Below are positions 34,301 through 45,336 of a DNA stretch of 64,000 nucleotides, one piece after another (position 1 is the first letter of the stretch; every line of letters begins with the position of its first letter). The notes below the pieces were generated by a model. That model had not been told where the DNA came from, did not search any database, and worked only from the letters and a program-made list of their open reading frames with translations. Source of the stretch: a virus. Taxonomy: Duplodnaviria; Caudoviricetes. Position numbers and translations under genes: made by a program. Location: positions 7,983-71,982 of IMG/VR virus record IMGVR_UViG_3300008113_000479. One strand, 5' to 3'.

Positions 34301-37300
34301 TTTATTTCCTTTATCATTAGGGTTCCATCGTCTAGTTTTGACAGAACAGGTTTGCTTTTCATTCCTTCACGCATTTTTGCTAAAACTTTTGCATACATTG
34401 CTGGGAAAGCAATTGCTCTGGTTAGCTCTTTATTTTTATCTGTCATTACAATATGCGCCATTGTTTTGCCAGCTTTAGTTTTATATGGACTAAAATTAAT
34501 TACAAGTTTTTCATCATCTTCTAAATCATATTCTTTTCTATATAAATAATCTACAAATAAATCTGGTCCGTTTGGATCTATGTCATTTACTTTTATATAT
34601 CTTGCAATTCTATTATCTCCCACAAGAATAAAATACATTTGGCCAGTTTCAATTTGTGTCTGCTCATTATGAAATAATCCAATTGATCCAGTTTCATCTA
34701 CCAATTCTACTCTTGCCCAACCAGTACCACGTTTAATGCTTTTAACCATTCCAAACATTGGGAATGAGCCTAAATCATCAAAGTCTTGAATTGGTTTTGC
34801 TTGAGCTTTAATTCTTGGTGGTATCGATTCTAAATTAAATGTAGGTATTCCTAAGTATTCGTAGTAACTTTCTTTTTCCTTACCGCCTCTAAGATTGTCC
34901 TCGAAAGCAGCACCGCCAATAGCATTGAGAGCAGATACAGCCCTACTGTTAATACCACTACCTTTCGCAGAGGCTTTTTGTATGAAGTCGGAATAATTGG
35001 CATATGGCCTTCTTTCTATAATTTTGTTTGCAATGCTATCTGAAATAAATTTAATTTCAGCCAAACCAAACTGAATCGCATTTTCTTTTAATGAAAAATA
35101 TACATCTGATTCATTAATGTGTGGTAGTAGTATTTTAAGATTTAATCTTTTAGCTTCAATTAAATATTCTGTTCTTTTGTCTTTATCATTTTCGTTTTTA
35201 AGAATTGAAAAAATAAATTCAAGTGGGTAGTAATGCTTAAGCCAAGCCGTATAATAACTAAGCATGGAATAAGCAACAGCGTGACTACGATTAAAAGAAT
35301 AACCTGCGTGAGCTTCAAAATCATGCCATAGGGATTCCGCTTTCTTTTTAGAAATGTGCTTTGAAGCCCCATTAACAAATTGATCTTTGAACTGGTCGAA
35401 CTCTTTTGCATCTTTCTTCTTTCCAATAATCTTGCGGACCTTGTCAGCCTCTGACCAAGACATTCCACCTAAGTAGACGCAAGCTTGCATAACTTGCTCT
35501 TGATATATAATAACACCATATGTATTCTCTGTAAAAGGCTTCATAATTTCATGGACATAACTAACATTTTCTACGCCATGTTTTCTATTAATATATGAAG
35601 CGCCTACTGTATTCATTGCTCCTGGCCGAACTAGAGCATTTGAGGCAGCAAGGTCTTCAAATTTATCTACACCCATTTTAATTAATAAATTTGTATAAGG
35701 GGTTGCTTCTGCCTGAAACACTCCCTTTGTATAGCCTTCACTTAATGTTTTATAAACATCTGCGTCATCAAATGGCAAGCTAGACAACACTATGTCTTTG
35801 CCATGTCTTTCTTTAATTGCTTTTATTGTATCTGAAATTACTGATAGCGTTTTTAATCCTAGGGCATCTACTTTAATTAAGCCAATATCTGCTACAGTAT
35901 CCATATCATATGCAACTACTGGGATTCTTCCTGAAACTTTATCCTGTGAATCTTCACGAGATTCAATAGGTGCAAAATTTCTTAAATCATCTTTTGCAAC
36001 TACTACTCCTGCAGCGTGGACTCCAACGCTTCTAATTTTTCCACGTAATCTTTCTGCAAGCCATAACACCTCTGGATACTTCATTCTAAATTCTTTAGTG
36101 TTTGGAGAATCCATAAAATCTTCAAATGTATCAATTGATTTCATTGCACGATTTACATCTTGAAGTGGAACCATAAATACACGAGCAGCATCTCTAATTA
36201 CACCCTTGTCTTTAAAATAAGTGTAGGTGGAAATAGAAGCAACATGCTTAAACTTCTTCTTTAAATAATCTTTAACCTCTTTACGACGACGGTCTTCAAA
36301 GTCTGTTTATTTTCTTTAGCCCAATTAATCATGTCTGCTACTACTAGGAAATATGATGCAAAGCTTTTATCTTTAATAATTTCTAATTCTTCAATTAATC
36401 TTTGTTCATATCCGTCATTTCCAAGCCATGACGAGGTCAGGCGTAGTGTTTCTAGGCCTTTAAAGGCCATTTGGGACAACTTTTCATCGGCATCTGTCTT
36501 AGGTACTGGGAGGAGATCTAAACCCCTGTTAAAATCGTATTCTCCAATTTTTTCAGATATCTCAATAGTATTATCATATATATCCGTACGAGTAATTCCA
36601 GCCTTATTAAAGTCAGCCTCAATTTCAGACCTTGATTGAATAAATAAATTATAGTCTTGAAATGATATTCTTCTGTCTGGGTACAGGTAATTAAATCTAT
36701 CCAGCATATTATTCATATTCTTGGACATTTCAAAATCTGCTTCTTTATCTGATTTAGGAGATGTAGATAGAATAAGCATTGCTTCTTCTAGTATTTTATC
36801 TTCTCCTTTAGCAAAATGAGCATCTCCAGTTGCTACTGGCTTTATATTTAATTTATCTGCTAGATCTAATAAATTGCTATTTATTTCTTTGGGGTTATGA
36901 GATTGTACTTCAATGTAAAAATCTTCGCCAAAAGTTTTCTTAAAATCTTTAAGTAGAATTTCCGCTTCCTCAAGGTTTCCTTTTTCAATGCACTTACTAA
37001 TAAGCCCATTAAGGCATCCAGAAAGAACAATAATATCTTCTGCATATTCTTTTAGAACCTCCCTGTCAATTCTAGGCTTATGATAAAAACCTTCATTCCA
37101 AGCTAACTCTTGAAGTCTATTTATATTACTTAATCCATTTTGATTTTTAGCCAATAAGATAATGTGATTATATGCCTGAATACTTTTATCTGTTTTTGAT
37201 GACCTATCAAATCTATCTGTTGGTGATATGTAAGCCTCTACTCCAAGAATTGGTTTAATTCCAATTTCTTTACAGGCCAATTGCATTTCTCTATGTGATG

Positions 37301-37451
37301 AAAGTGTACCATGATCTGTTATGGCAATAGATGTCTGTCCAGCATCTTTTGCAGCCTGTGCTAGTTCTAGTGGAGAGTTAAGGCCATCCATTAGGCTGTA
37401 GTAACTATGTACGTGTAAGTGTGTAAAACTCATTAATAACCGCCTAAACAA
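34297..37451 (-). pseudogene. dnaE: DNA polymerase III alpha (DnaE), broken by an internal deletion and frameshift at about 36306/36307
   Basis: N-part: PHP domain HLHVHSYYSLMDG..YFLVVADMINWAKEN. C-part resumes in another frame at TDFEDRRR, then HAAGVVV, KVDALGL, YSFNRSH. GRGSAAGS and PDID are absent. Confidence 0.85.
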
Positions 37452-37639
37452 ATATTTCGTGTATGACTTAGCCTAGTTTTTGTTATTATTTTTTTACTTG
37501 GAGCATACAATACCTCTAGGCAAGTACTGCATTTATAACTCCACTCTTTGGCAAAATAATCATATATAGCTCCAGATAGTTTAAGGTTTCTGTTTCTAAC
37601 AAATTCCATAAATGGATCTGGTATCTCATAAGTTTGCAT
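37433..37639 (-). CDS. hypothetical protein
   Basis: CSTC and HTRNIC. Confidence 0.6.
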   Translation of the reverse strand: MQTYEIPDPFMEFVRNRNLKLSGAIYDYFAKEWSYKCSTCLEVLYAPSKKIITKTRLSHTRNICLGGY

Positions 37640-37661
37640 GTATTGATTCTACTAAATAAAA

Positions 37662-37687
37662 TGAGGGATGGCAATAGCCACCCCTCA
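37662..37687 (-). terminator. hairpin (probable terminator) after ssb
   Basis: TGAGGGGTGGC-TATT-GCCATCCCTCA-TTTT. Confidence 0.65.
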
Positions 37688-37697
37688 GATTATTAAA

Positions 37698-38366
37698 TTA
37701 CCACTCTACGCTGCCTGCTGAGGCGTGAGTCTCTTCATTGTTACTGTCGCCCATATAGAAAGCTTCTTGCTCTGCATATGGAACATGCCTTACGGCAGTT
37801 TTTTCAAGATCAAATAACTCTAATCCTGAAAAATCAAAAGGTGTTTCATCTTTTGCCAATGGGATAATTGTATAGCTTGTATCCGTTTTGCTGCCATTTC
37901 TTTTAATGCGCCACATTAAGTTTGTAATGCTTCCCATTTCGCCAGCATACTCAATAAGGGTAGGAGTAATTGTTTTTCCACTGGTTCCTTGAGATAATAT
38001 TGCAACATATGGTTCATTTTTTCCATCATCAACTAATACATTTATATAAATACGTGTTCTAGCTTTCCAGCCAGCTTTTGGATCTTTGCGATGTTGTTCA
38101 TTTGCCCAGTCACGACCTTCTGTTTCCATTGTGTCTAAGGCTTTACGTCTGTAGTCTTTTGGATTAGTGTGCTCTAAAGCAATAAATCCACATCCAAGTT
38201 TATCGTTATAGTTGGGAGAATCTGCATCCAACTCTTGGAGAAATCTAACTTTTACGCTTTCTCCGTCTTCAATCTTTAACCAACGACCTTTATTTTCTTC
38301 TCCACCTGAATATACAGGCTTGTCTAGTGCTTTATTTAGGTCTTTTAGACCCTTTACTATACTCAT
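37698..38366 (-). CDS. single-stranded DNA-binding protein (gp32-like)
   Basis: WLKIEDGESVKVRF, IKRNGSKTDTSY, acidic tail ending in W; lies between primase and polymerase. Confidence 0.75.
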   Translation of the reverse strand: MSIVKGLKDLNKALDKPVYSGGEENKGRWLKIEDGESVKVRFLQELDADSPNYNDKLGCGFIALEHTNPKDYRRKALDTMETEGRDWANEQHRKDPKAGWKARTRIYINVLVDDGKNEPYVAILSQGTSGKTITPTLIEYAGEMGSITNLMWRIKRNGSKTDTSYTIIPLAKDETPFDFSGLELFDLEKTAVRHVPYAEQEAFYMGDSNNEETHASAGSVEW

Positions 38367-38416
38367 TTTTTCTCCTTTGGTGATGGTATATATCCATCTG
38401 TATGGTCATTATATCA

Positions 38417-39463
38417 TTAATTCCAGGATTTGTATTCTACATCAGAAACCGAATTCTTAATACAAGATTGGATTTCTTCTTCGGTCATGTCTCCTGAATC
38501 TTTTGCATTGTGAGGATATATCTTACCATAAGAATAAGATGCCCACAAGATATCTTTATTTTTTAATTTATTAGAAATTGATAAACCTAATGCTCTTCCA
38601 GCTTCGTCTGCGTCCGTCATAATAGTAATTTTGTTAAAGTATCTATTTAATAAATTAATATTGTCTGAGGATATATGTCCGCCAAGAGTGGCGACCACGT
38701 TTGGGAAACCAGATTGATGCACACGGATTGCATCAAAACTTGATTCTACAATTATGACATGATCGCCAATTTTTTTAGCACGATGTATATTAAACAAAGT
38801 TTTATTCTTGGGAAGGTTTGTGCTATTTTTAAATTTCTTTTCTGTAATTGATCTACCCACTAAACCAACTGGAATTCCGTCTGGACTATGGACTGGGACA
38901 ATTACCATGTTTTGTGCTTCAGAATATCCTAATTTAAAATAGGTCATTGATGCTTGATTGATTCCACGAGATTCAAAATAGTCTCTTGCTTGCTTATTTA
39001 ATGTAAGTTCAATCGTTAAGTCATCTAATTTCTTTTGATCAAATTCTATAAAGTCAGGTTTTTCTTCAAACATTTGATTTAAAGCTTCATCAAAATCATC
39101 TAGACCTTCGGATTCTTTTGATGATATTAGCCTAATAGATTCAAAGTCATTTTTACCAGTAACCTTTTTAATTAATTGAATTATGTTTCCAGTTTCTCCG
39201 CAGGCTGGATTAAAGCATAGCCATGCACCATTTTCTTCGCTAATATAAAAACTAGGGCTATGTGTATTATTATGGAATGGACAATATATAACTAGGTTAT
39301 TATTTGATTCACTAATTATCCTTAAACCAATTTCTTTTACTACTGCTTTTATATGGTTTGGTGCATATTGCGTGGAACTAACTTCCCTTGTGTTATTCCC
39401 TCTGATTCCCATGCTTTCCGCCTTCCTGTATGTATCCCATGTAGAGTCATTAAAAATCTCCAT
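38417..39463 (-). CDS. dnaG: DNA primase (CHC2 zinc finger + TOPRIM); true start probably further downstream
   Basis: CPFH..CFNPAC, IVESSFD, DADEAG, KDSGD. Confidence 0.9.
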   Translation of the reverse strand: MEIFNDSTWDTYRKAESMGIRGNNTREVSSTQYAPNHIKAVVKEIGLRIISESNNNLVIYCPFHNNTHSPSFYISEENGAWLCFNPACGETGNIIQLIKKVTGKNDFESIRLISSKESEGLDDFDEALNQMFEEKPDFIEFDQKKLDDLTIELTLNKQARDYFESRGINQASMTYFKLGYSEAQNMVIVPVHSPDGIPVGLVGRSITEKKFKNSTNLPKNKTLFNIHRAKKIGDHVIIVESSFDAIRVHQSGFPNVVATLGGHISSDNINLLNRYFNKITIMTDADEAGRALGLSISNKLKNKDILWASYSYGKIYPHNAKDSGDMTEEEIQSCIKNSVSDVEYKSWN

Positions 39464-39648
39464 GTTTCTCCTGTAAATTCTACTGAAAATGCAGTGTCTA
39501 TGTCAAGTACCCTTGAATATCCTTTGTCTCTCATTTGATGAGTTAACATATTTTCATATTGATTTCTAAGTCTAATTAGATCTGAATCGTCCTTAAACTG
39601 TACATCAATTTGAAATCTTTTAATTGGCTTGTGGTGGTACATAATCAT
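39349..39648 (-). CDS. hypothetical protein
   Basis: ORF between helicase and primase. Confidence 0.65.
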   Translation of the reverse strand: MIMYHHKPIKRFQIDVQFKDDSDLIRLRNQYENMLTHQMRDKGYSRVLDIDTAFSVEFTGETWRFLMTLHGIHTGRRKAWESEGITQGKLVPRNMHQTI

Positions 39649-40858
39649 ATAGTTCTTTAATAATACCTCTATTGATATCCCAATCTAAATGGAAATCAAA
39701 TTCATGTCCATGACGATTCTTTCTTGAAACCACTTCAATTAAATTAGTTCCTGGATATCTATGAATAGCCATAGCCATATCAGCATCATATTCAATTGCC
39801 TTAGACCAAGCAACCTGTGACATCATTGGGGGATTATCTTGATCAGAAATGTCATCTGCAGTTGCTGCGGTGATATCAATAACTGGAATATTATTAGTTA
39901 CAGCTAACAATTTAAATTCACGAGATACGTTTCTATTTCTTTCTACTTCAGAATTACTTCTTTTATTATCATTAAACAATTGATGATAATCTAAAATAAC
40001 TAAGTCTGGTTTATGCTGATCAATCTTTCCTTGAATGGTTGCTGGAGTAACGTCCCCTGCTCCTTCATTTGATACCAGAACAAAACTATTTTTACCCTCA
40101 AACTTTTTTTGACCCCATGATTTAAAATCATCTATATTAATATCACCTTTTGATAAATCGCTAGCCTTAAACAAACCTGATCCAAGCATTGTATAAATAC
40201 GATCACGCATATTTTCAGGAGACATTTCTAGAGATATAATCATTGGTTTAAATCCTTGCTCCCAAGCTTTACATGCAAGGTATGAAGTAAACCATGTTTT
40301 ACCTTTACCTGGCCAACCAATTGCAACAATTAAATGCCCTGGGGCCATTCCAGTTGGGTATGCTGTATCAATTGCTTGAAATCCTGTTTTAATTCCTGGA
40401 CTTCCACCCATTGCTAATGATCTATCTTTAACAGACATAAAATGTCTTTCTGCTGCATCTAAGTCTGTTACATCTAAGTCTCTTACGTTATTTGTAAATC
40501 TAGATAAACTAGCAAGCTTGCTTTGCATATCGGCTAAAACTCTAGATGCTGCATCTTCTTTTAGTGCTGATCCGCTTTGAAGAATAATACCTTTTAGTCT
40601 AGAAGATAAATATTCATTTTTTAATTTATCTAAATAATATCCAGTTTCTGCTTTTACATTAGTGTCTGGTTCAAAGTCTTTAAATTTTTCTTGCAACACA
40701 CCAACTTCAGGTACTGCTTTAAACTTATAATAATATAACTTTAAACCTTCCCAGATATCTCGATGAGATGTAAACAGGTCATCTACGTTATCTGCAAGTA
40801 ATGTGCTGATGTCTTTGTTTTTACATACTGCTGATATTAGTGTTGATTCAGTATTCAC
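39620..40858 (-). CDS. dnaB: replicative DNA helicase
   Basis: GWPGKGKT, SLEM, ILDYHQL, IEYDAD, KNRHG. Confidence 0.92.
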   Translation of the reverse strand: MNTESTLISAVCKNKDISTLLADNVDDLFTSHRDIWEGLKLYYYKFKAVPEVGVLQEKFKDFEPDTNVKAETGYYLDKLKNEYLSSRLKGIILQSGSALKEDAASRVLADMQSKLASLSRFTNNVRDLDVTDLDAAERHFMSVKDRSLAMGGSPGIKTGFQAIDTAYPTGMAPGHLIVAIGWPGKGKTWFTSYLACKAWEQGFKPMIISLEMSPENMRDRIYTMLGSGLFKASDLSKGDINIDDFKSWGQKKFEGKNSFVLVSNEGAGDVTPATIQGKIDQHKPDLVILDYHQLFNDNKRSNSEVERNRNVSREFKLLAVTNNIPVIDITAATADDISDQDNPPMMSQVAWSKAIEYDADMAMAIHRYPGTNLIEVVSRKNRHGHEFDFHLDWDINRGIIKELYDYVPPQAN

Positions 40859-41175
40859 TCATTTTCGCCTTCTACTAATTTTTTGGTTGCTTCTTGAAGA
40901 ATGCGACGATTTGTTTTATCCTTCTTAATTTCTTTTTCCATTATATCAATTTTATCAAAGTTAAAAAAGAAAAATTGTAATGGGTGGCCATTTTTACCTG
41001 TAGTAAAATAGTACTCTATTAATTCTTTTGCACGACTATATCCTATGCTATCAATAACATCTTGCATGGCCCATTTTTCTCTATATTTATTTAGAGATGG
41101 CATTTTGCCATATTTATTCTGATACATATTTTGATATATGCTTAATAGAATATAGGGCTCTTTACTATTTGCCAC
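40855..41175 (-). CDS. hypothetical protein (possible helicase loader)
   Basis: Coupled upstream of dnaB. Confidence 0.6.
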   Translation of the reverse strand: MANSKEPYILLSIYQNMYQNKYGKMPSLNKYREKWAMQDVIDSIGYSRAKELIEYYFTTGKNGHPLQFFFFNFDKIDIMEKEIKKDKTNRRILQEATKKLVEGENE

Positions 41176-41368
41176 TCTTTAACTCTTTCTCGACTTCTTG
41201 AGTTTTTTCTATTAGCTTATCTTCAACAAATTTATATACTCTTTCTGTAGCATCATTAACAGTTTCTCCGTCTCTGACAGAATCTTCTACCCCAACTCCA
41301 ATTTTAATACTTTCAAAATTACCAAGATTTCTAGTAAATGATAAGTCGATTTTAACAACTGTTGTCAC
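41165..41368 (-). CDS. conserved phage protein
   Basis: TRNLGNFESIKI motif. Confidence 0.7.
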   Translation of the reverse strand: MTTVVKIDLSFTRNLGNFESIKIGVGVEDSVRDGETVNDATERVYKFVEDKLIEKTQEVEKELKSGK

Positions 41369-41475
41369 TTGTGCTCCGCCTTTCTATGCCTACTTAAAGT
41401 ATCGCTTCCAAAAATAGCCCAGCGCAATTCTATCTCTTTGTTGCAAATATCACATACAACAAATCTGCTAGACAC
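41365..41475 (-). CDS. 36-aa C2H2-like zinc finger
   Basis: Read manually: CDIC...HRKAEH. Confidence 0.55.
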   Translation of the reverse strand: MSSRFVVCDICNKEIELRWAIFGSDTLSRHRKAEHK

Positions 41476-41954
41476 TACTCCGCCTTCCATACTGGTACAA
41501 ATCCAGAATCGGTCTTAGTATACAATATAATGTTGTTTTTGAGAAGTGCCCGTAATTCTGCTTTTGAAGGTAAATCCTTTGTGTACCCAGCCTCTAGTAT
41601 ATATTCATGTAATTTAAATATATCAGATTCACTAAGCATAAATTTATACCATGAGCTTTCTGGATTACTTATAGGATAAACCTTTTGTGGTATAGAAATT
41701 TTACCTTGAAGTATATATTCTTCAATTGTAACTTTATGTCTACCAAGTATTTGTCCTGTTTGCTTAATTGTATAAGCAGTCTCCATATTCTTTTCTGCAT
41801 CTGAATACGAGTACATAACTCTTTTTTTGTCTGGGTAGCACCATGCAACAACTTCATCTTTAGCTCTAGATAATCTAATTACTTTATGTAATTTATTATT
41901 TAAGAAGAAATAGAGAAATTTTTTGCGTACTCTCGATCCTTTTTTTCTAACCAT
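41475..41954 (-). CDS. HTH (MerR/excisionase-like) DNA-binding protein
   Basis: YTIKQTGQILGRHKVTIEEYILQGKI. Confidence 0.7.
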   Translation of the reverse strand: MVRKKGSRVRKKFLYFFLNNKLHKVIRLSRAKDEVVAWCYPDKKRVMYSYSDAEKNMETAYTIKQTGQILGRHKVTIEEYILQGKISIPQKVYPISNPESSWYKFMLSESDIFKLHEYILEAGYTKDLPSKAELRALLKNNIILYTKTDSGFVPVWKAE

Positions 41955-42085
41955 TTTCCAAATCTATTCGTTTCTTTATTAATCATCCATCGTTTTCCGC
42001 ATAGAATACAAAATAGTTCTACATGAAGTTTTTGAGAAAAAACTCTATCTACGAATACTCTTCCAGAACATTTACCGCACCACAT
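41900..42085 (-). CDS. zinc-ribbon protein
   Basis: CGKCSG and CILCG. Confidence 0.7.
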   Translation of the reverse strand: MWCGKCSGRVFVDRVFSQKLHVELFCILCGKRWMINKETNRFGKWLEKKDREYAKNFSISS

Positions 42086-42900
42086 TATAAAGTAAACAGC
42101 TTTCCATCAACAACGCATGTGTAGTCTGGTGATATATGTATCATATTAACGTGAGGGTATTTTCCATTCTCAATATGAGCAACAGCAAATCCTTTTTGCC
42201 AATCATGGTGTTGAGTATACTTCATACCTGGACCCTTTTCGTCACACATGTGTCCAATTTCATAGCCTCTAATTGTTTCACCTTTACCCTTGTTTCTTAA
42301 TTCATATGTTACCATATGTGAAGCAATTCTATGTGAGTGTCCACGAATTAATGAGATCTGAAGGTCTTCCATATCTTTTCTAATTGCACCAGTGGCTGAA
42401 ACTGACATGCCGTGGTGTACGTGGATATCTCCAAATCTACGCTTAGGCAATTCATTATAATAAATATAGTCATACCCTAAAGAATCTAAACTCCACAAGG
42501 CTTCTGGTGTTACATGCTTTGCATACTCTGGGATTTTTTTATCTAAATAATCAAAAATTCTAATATCATGATTTCCTAATGCAGAAAATAATTGTGCGTC
42601 TGGGAGCATCTTTCTTGTTCTAGCATAAAATTCACGAGCACCACTTGCCTCTAATTTCATGTCTTTAAGCATTAACTCTAAATCATTTGTTACGTTATCA
42701 TCTTTATATGCTTTAATAAACTCTGTTGGCTTGCCATCTGTATATTTACTGTAGCATGCCTGATCATCTGTATCTCCAAGATAGTCTACGACATCTGGCT
42801 TAAACCATTTCATTACCTTAAACCAAAGCTCAATTGCTTTATTATCTTGATATGGAAATTGTTGATCTGAAGACAGCATCCACTTTAAATCATTAGACAT
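42085..42900 (-). CDS. calcineurin-like metallophosphoesterase
   Basis: SDQQ, LGD, GNHD, HHG, GHSH. Confidence 0.88.
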   Translation of the reverse strand: MSNDLKWMLSSDQQFPYQDNKAIELWFKVMKWFKPDVVDYLGDTDDQACYSKYTDGKPTEFIKAYKDDNVTNDLELMLKDMKLEASGAREFYARTRKMLPDAQLFSALGNHDIRIFDYLDKKIPEYAKHVTPEALWSLDSLGYDYIYYNELPKRRFGDIHVHHGMSVSATGAIRKDMEDLQISLIRGHSHRIASHMVTYELRNKGKGETIRGYEIGHMCDEKGPGMKYTQHHDWQKGFAVAHIENGKYPHVNMIHISPDYTCVVDGKLFTL

Positions 42901-42916
42901 CTAATATCCTTAAATT

Positions 42917-42941
42917 AAAAAAGTCACGGTTTCGTGACTTT
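42917..42941 (-). terminator. intrinsic terminator ending the tail operon
   Basis: AAAGTCACG-AAAC-CGTGACTTTTTT. Confidence 0.8.
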
Positions 42942-42986
42942 ATAGAACATGCTATATTTTAACATATTCTTTTGATCTGTCAAGCA

Positions 42987-43415
42987 TTAAATATTTTTAA
43001 GTTGTGTGGCCATCCAATTAATATTTACTAACATTGTAGCTTTGGAGTTATTGCTTACGGCATATATTGTTCCACCTGTTTTATCTGCATTTAGTACTGT
43101 AGCGACTGAAACAACACCTGTTGATGCAGTTAACGCTTGTCCCATAGAGGCAACAAATCCAGTTTCTGATCCAGCAATAAAAGATGGTGTAAATGTTACT
43201 GCTACGGATACGGGAGTTGTTCCTTTTAATGTTACTGATTCTGATCCTTGATCAGAAACTGCTACTCTATTTTGACCGCTAGCATCTTTTGTAGCATTTA
43301 ATAAACTTGTAGATTTTGTAAAAACGTCTGTTAAATTTGACTGTAATTGATTTAAATCATTAGGGTCAAATGGGGCACCCTCATTAAATGTTACAACTTT
43401 CCAATTTGCTGCCAT
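42987..43415 (-). CDS. minor tail/structural protein
   Basis: Beta-rich; C-terminal INWMA as in fibre-associated domains. Confidence 0.6.
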   Translation of the reverse strand: MAANWKVVTFNEGAPFDPNDLNQLQSNLTDVFTKSTSLLNATKDASGQNRVAVSDQGSESVTLKGTTPVSVAVTFTPSFIAGSETGFVASMGQALTASTGVVSVATVLNADKTGGTIYAVSNNSKATMLVNINWMATQLKNI

Positions 43416-43813
43416 TATAAATTTTCTCCTAATTCATGTGAATTTATCTCTGACTCACTGACCTCTACTACCTTAGACCTATTAAGTCCATATTTAGAGA
43501 ATGAATCTGGGTCCACAATATGACGCTTTTTATTTTGCGATATTAAATACATTTTACCATCTGCAATGTTCTTGATCAAAGCGCCATCTCTAAATCCTAA
43601 TTTGCCAGACTGCTTAATCAAAGATAATGCTGATTCTGTAGCATTTACTGTAGTAAAAGACCAAGACTCTTCTGCTCTCTTAGATATCAATTTATACCTT
43701 TTCCCATCTTTAATCCAGTAGGTGCCCTTGTCTGTTTTAACAGCAATGCCTGAAGGAAAATCAGTCGGAGAGGTTATTAAGATGCTCTGAGTATTCTTCT
43801 TTAGCTTTAGCAT
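43415..43813 (-). CDS. hypothetical protein with two internal repeats
   Basis: YWIKDGKRY / YLISQNKKR repeats; start moved to MLKLKK. Confidence 0.65.
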   Translation of the reverse strand: MLKLKKNTQSILITSPTDFPSGIAVKTDKGTYWIKDGKRYKLISKRAEESWSFTTVNATESALSLIKQSGKLGFRDGALIKNIADGKMYLISQNKKRHIVDPDSFSKYGLNRSKVVEVSESEINSHELGENL

Positions 43814-43934
43814 TTTCCTTTTCCATAAGCTGTGTAATCTCTGCACGTAATATTGCAATTTGAGTTTCATAATTTGATACCAGTTCACCCATTCGTTGCT
43901 GTAGAGCCGTGATAATTAATTCTGCTTTTTCCAT
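43761..43934 (-). CDS. 57-aa coiled-coil protein
   Basis: Read manually: MEKAELIITALQQRMGELVSNYETQIAILRAEIT. Confidence 0.65.
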   Translation of the reverse strand: MEKAELIITALQQRMGELVSNYETQIAILRAEITQLMEKENAKAKEEYSEHLNNLSD

Positions 43935-43940
43935 TTTAAC

Positions 43941-44153
43941 CTATGCTTCTAGTTTTGTTTTTTCTGAATTTAAAGCTGAAATTTTTGTAACAATTTTCTC
44001 TATCTCATCGTTTAAATTAGATAGAGCTGCTAAGTTAGGACTTGTAATAGAGCTTTCTTCAACAATAGATAATTCAATATTGTATTTGCTATTTTCTAAA
44101 TTTTTAATATGCTGTCCAATAATAGCTATTTTTTCTTCTTTAGTAAGTTGCAT
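43941..44153 (-). CDS. coiled-coil hypothetical protein
   Basis: AGGAGG RBS and TGTTATAAT promoter. Confidence 0.7.
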   Translation of the reverse strand: MQLTKEEKIAIIGQHIKNLENSKYNIELSIVEESSITSPNLAALSNLNDEIEKIVTKISALNSEKTKLEA

Positions 44154-44206
44154 TTTTTACCTCCTTTATTATTATAACATAATTAGACTTTTTTAACCAG
44201 CCTAAT

Positions 44207-44725
44207 TTAAACATATTTATTTCTAATAGAATACGCAATTCCTACCCTTGGAGCAGAAACTGTTGTTACTTCATGCGGAGTTCCTGTTGGCAAGTAAACC
44301 ATGTCTCCTGAATTTAATATCTTTTTAATTAAAGACCCGTCTCCCTTTTTAATTTTCCATTCTGCAGATCCTAAACAATTTAAATGTATTTGTTGACAAG
44401 AGTCTTGATGCTCTTTTAATCCGCTGGTGGGTCCAAGTGTATCTGACATAATAACTGCTGGTTCGTCCCAAACAAGGTCCCCCCATATTTTATAAAGACC
44501 ATTTCTTAAAATATTAAATCCGTCAAATTTTTTCATTAAAGGAGACCCTGTAGTTTCAAAAGCTATTGACAAATTATTATTTTCCCATCTAGTAGGTCTT
44601 CCATAATTTGCCTCTTTGCGATAATTTAAAAAATCTTCCCATGATTCTTTAAAATCAATTTTAGATTCTATAAAGCCAATTTTATTATTTTCTTTTAACT
44701 CAATAAGATTTTTTATCCAGTCCAT
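44207..44725 (-). CDS. JmjC/cupin-like hydroxylase
   Basis: EHQD, GSAEWKI, LNSGDMVYLPTGTPHEV, PRVGI. Confidence 0.82.
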   Translation of the reverse strand: MDWIKNLIELKENNKIGFIESKIDFKESWEDFLNYRKEANYGRPTRWENNNLSIAFETTGSPLMKKFDGFNILRNGLYKIWGDLVWDEPAVIMSDTLGPTSGLKEHQDSCQQIHLNCLGSAEWKIKKGDGSLIKKILNSGDMVYLPTGTPHEVTTVSAPRVGIAYSIRNKYV

Positions 44726-45336
44726 TAATCAAGCCAGCTAACTACGGCATACCTTGTGCCGTTATATACTTTATTTACTGAATGATTGTATACATAAGTT
44801 GATGGAAATATCAACATAGAATTTTTTTCTGGCTTATAAGATAAATTAAATCTTGGGAAATTGATTTCTCCTCCTTTATAGTTATCGTTTATATACCATG
44901 CGGTTGAAATTGTTCTTGGATATGTTAAATCATCATCTAAATGATTTGAAAAAAAATGTCCTTCTCCATATTTTAATAATTGATAAGAGTCATGTGTTTT
45001 TGTTTTAACTCCGTACATTGATTTATAGTCTTCTTCAACTGGGTGCATAAATTCATAAAGTTTTTTTCCTAAATTATAATCAAATATTTCTTTAACATTT
45101 TCTGGCTCTATCTTTTTTAATTTTGGGTAAGAACAATGAAATACATGTAAATTCCTTACGCTATAATCTATAACATCTTTTCCATCTTTTAAAATATGTG
45201 GCTCAATCCAATTTAATCCTGTTTCATTTAACGATAAAGACTCTTCTATATCTTCTATAAAATTTAAATATGAGTTTTTTATGTTTCTATATATTACAAT
45301 ACCAGGAGCAATTTCTTCTTTTTCAAACATTACCAT
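44725..45336 (-). CDS. 2OG-Fe(II) oxygenase (prolyl 4-hydroxylase-like)
   Basis: NHLD, YINDNYKGGEI, HSVNKVYNGTRY. Confidence 0.9.
   Translation of the reverse strand: MVMFEKEEIAPGIVIYRNIKNSYLNFIEDIEESLSLNETGLNWIEPHILKDGKDVIDYSVRNLHVFHCSYPKLKKIEPENVKEIFDYNLGKKLYEFMHPVEEDYKSMYGVKTKTHDSYQLLKYGEGHFFSNHLDDDLTYPRTISTAWYINDNYKGGEINFPRFNLSYKPEKNSMLIFPSTYVYNHSVNKVYNGTRYAVVSWLD

Noticed and set aside
34297-37451. Split-intein or programmed-frameshift DnaE
   Set aside because: No intein terminal motifs, and the catalytic residues are absent, so neither splicing nor frameshifting could rebuild the enzyme from this sequence.
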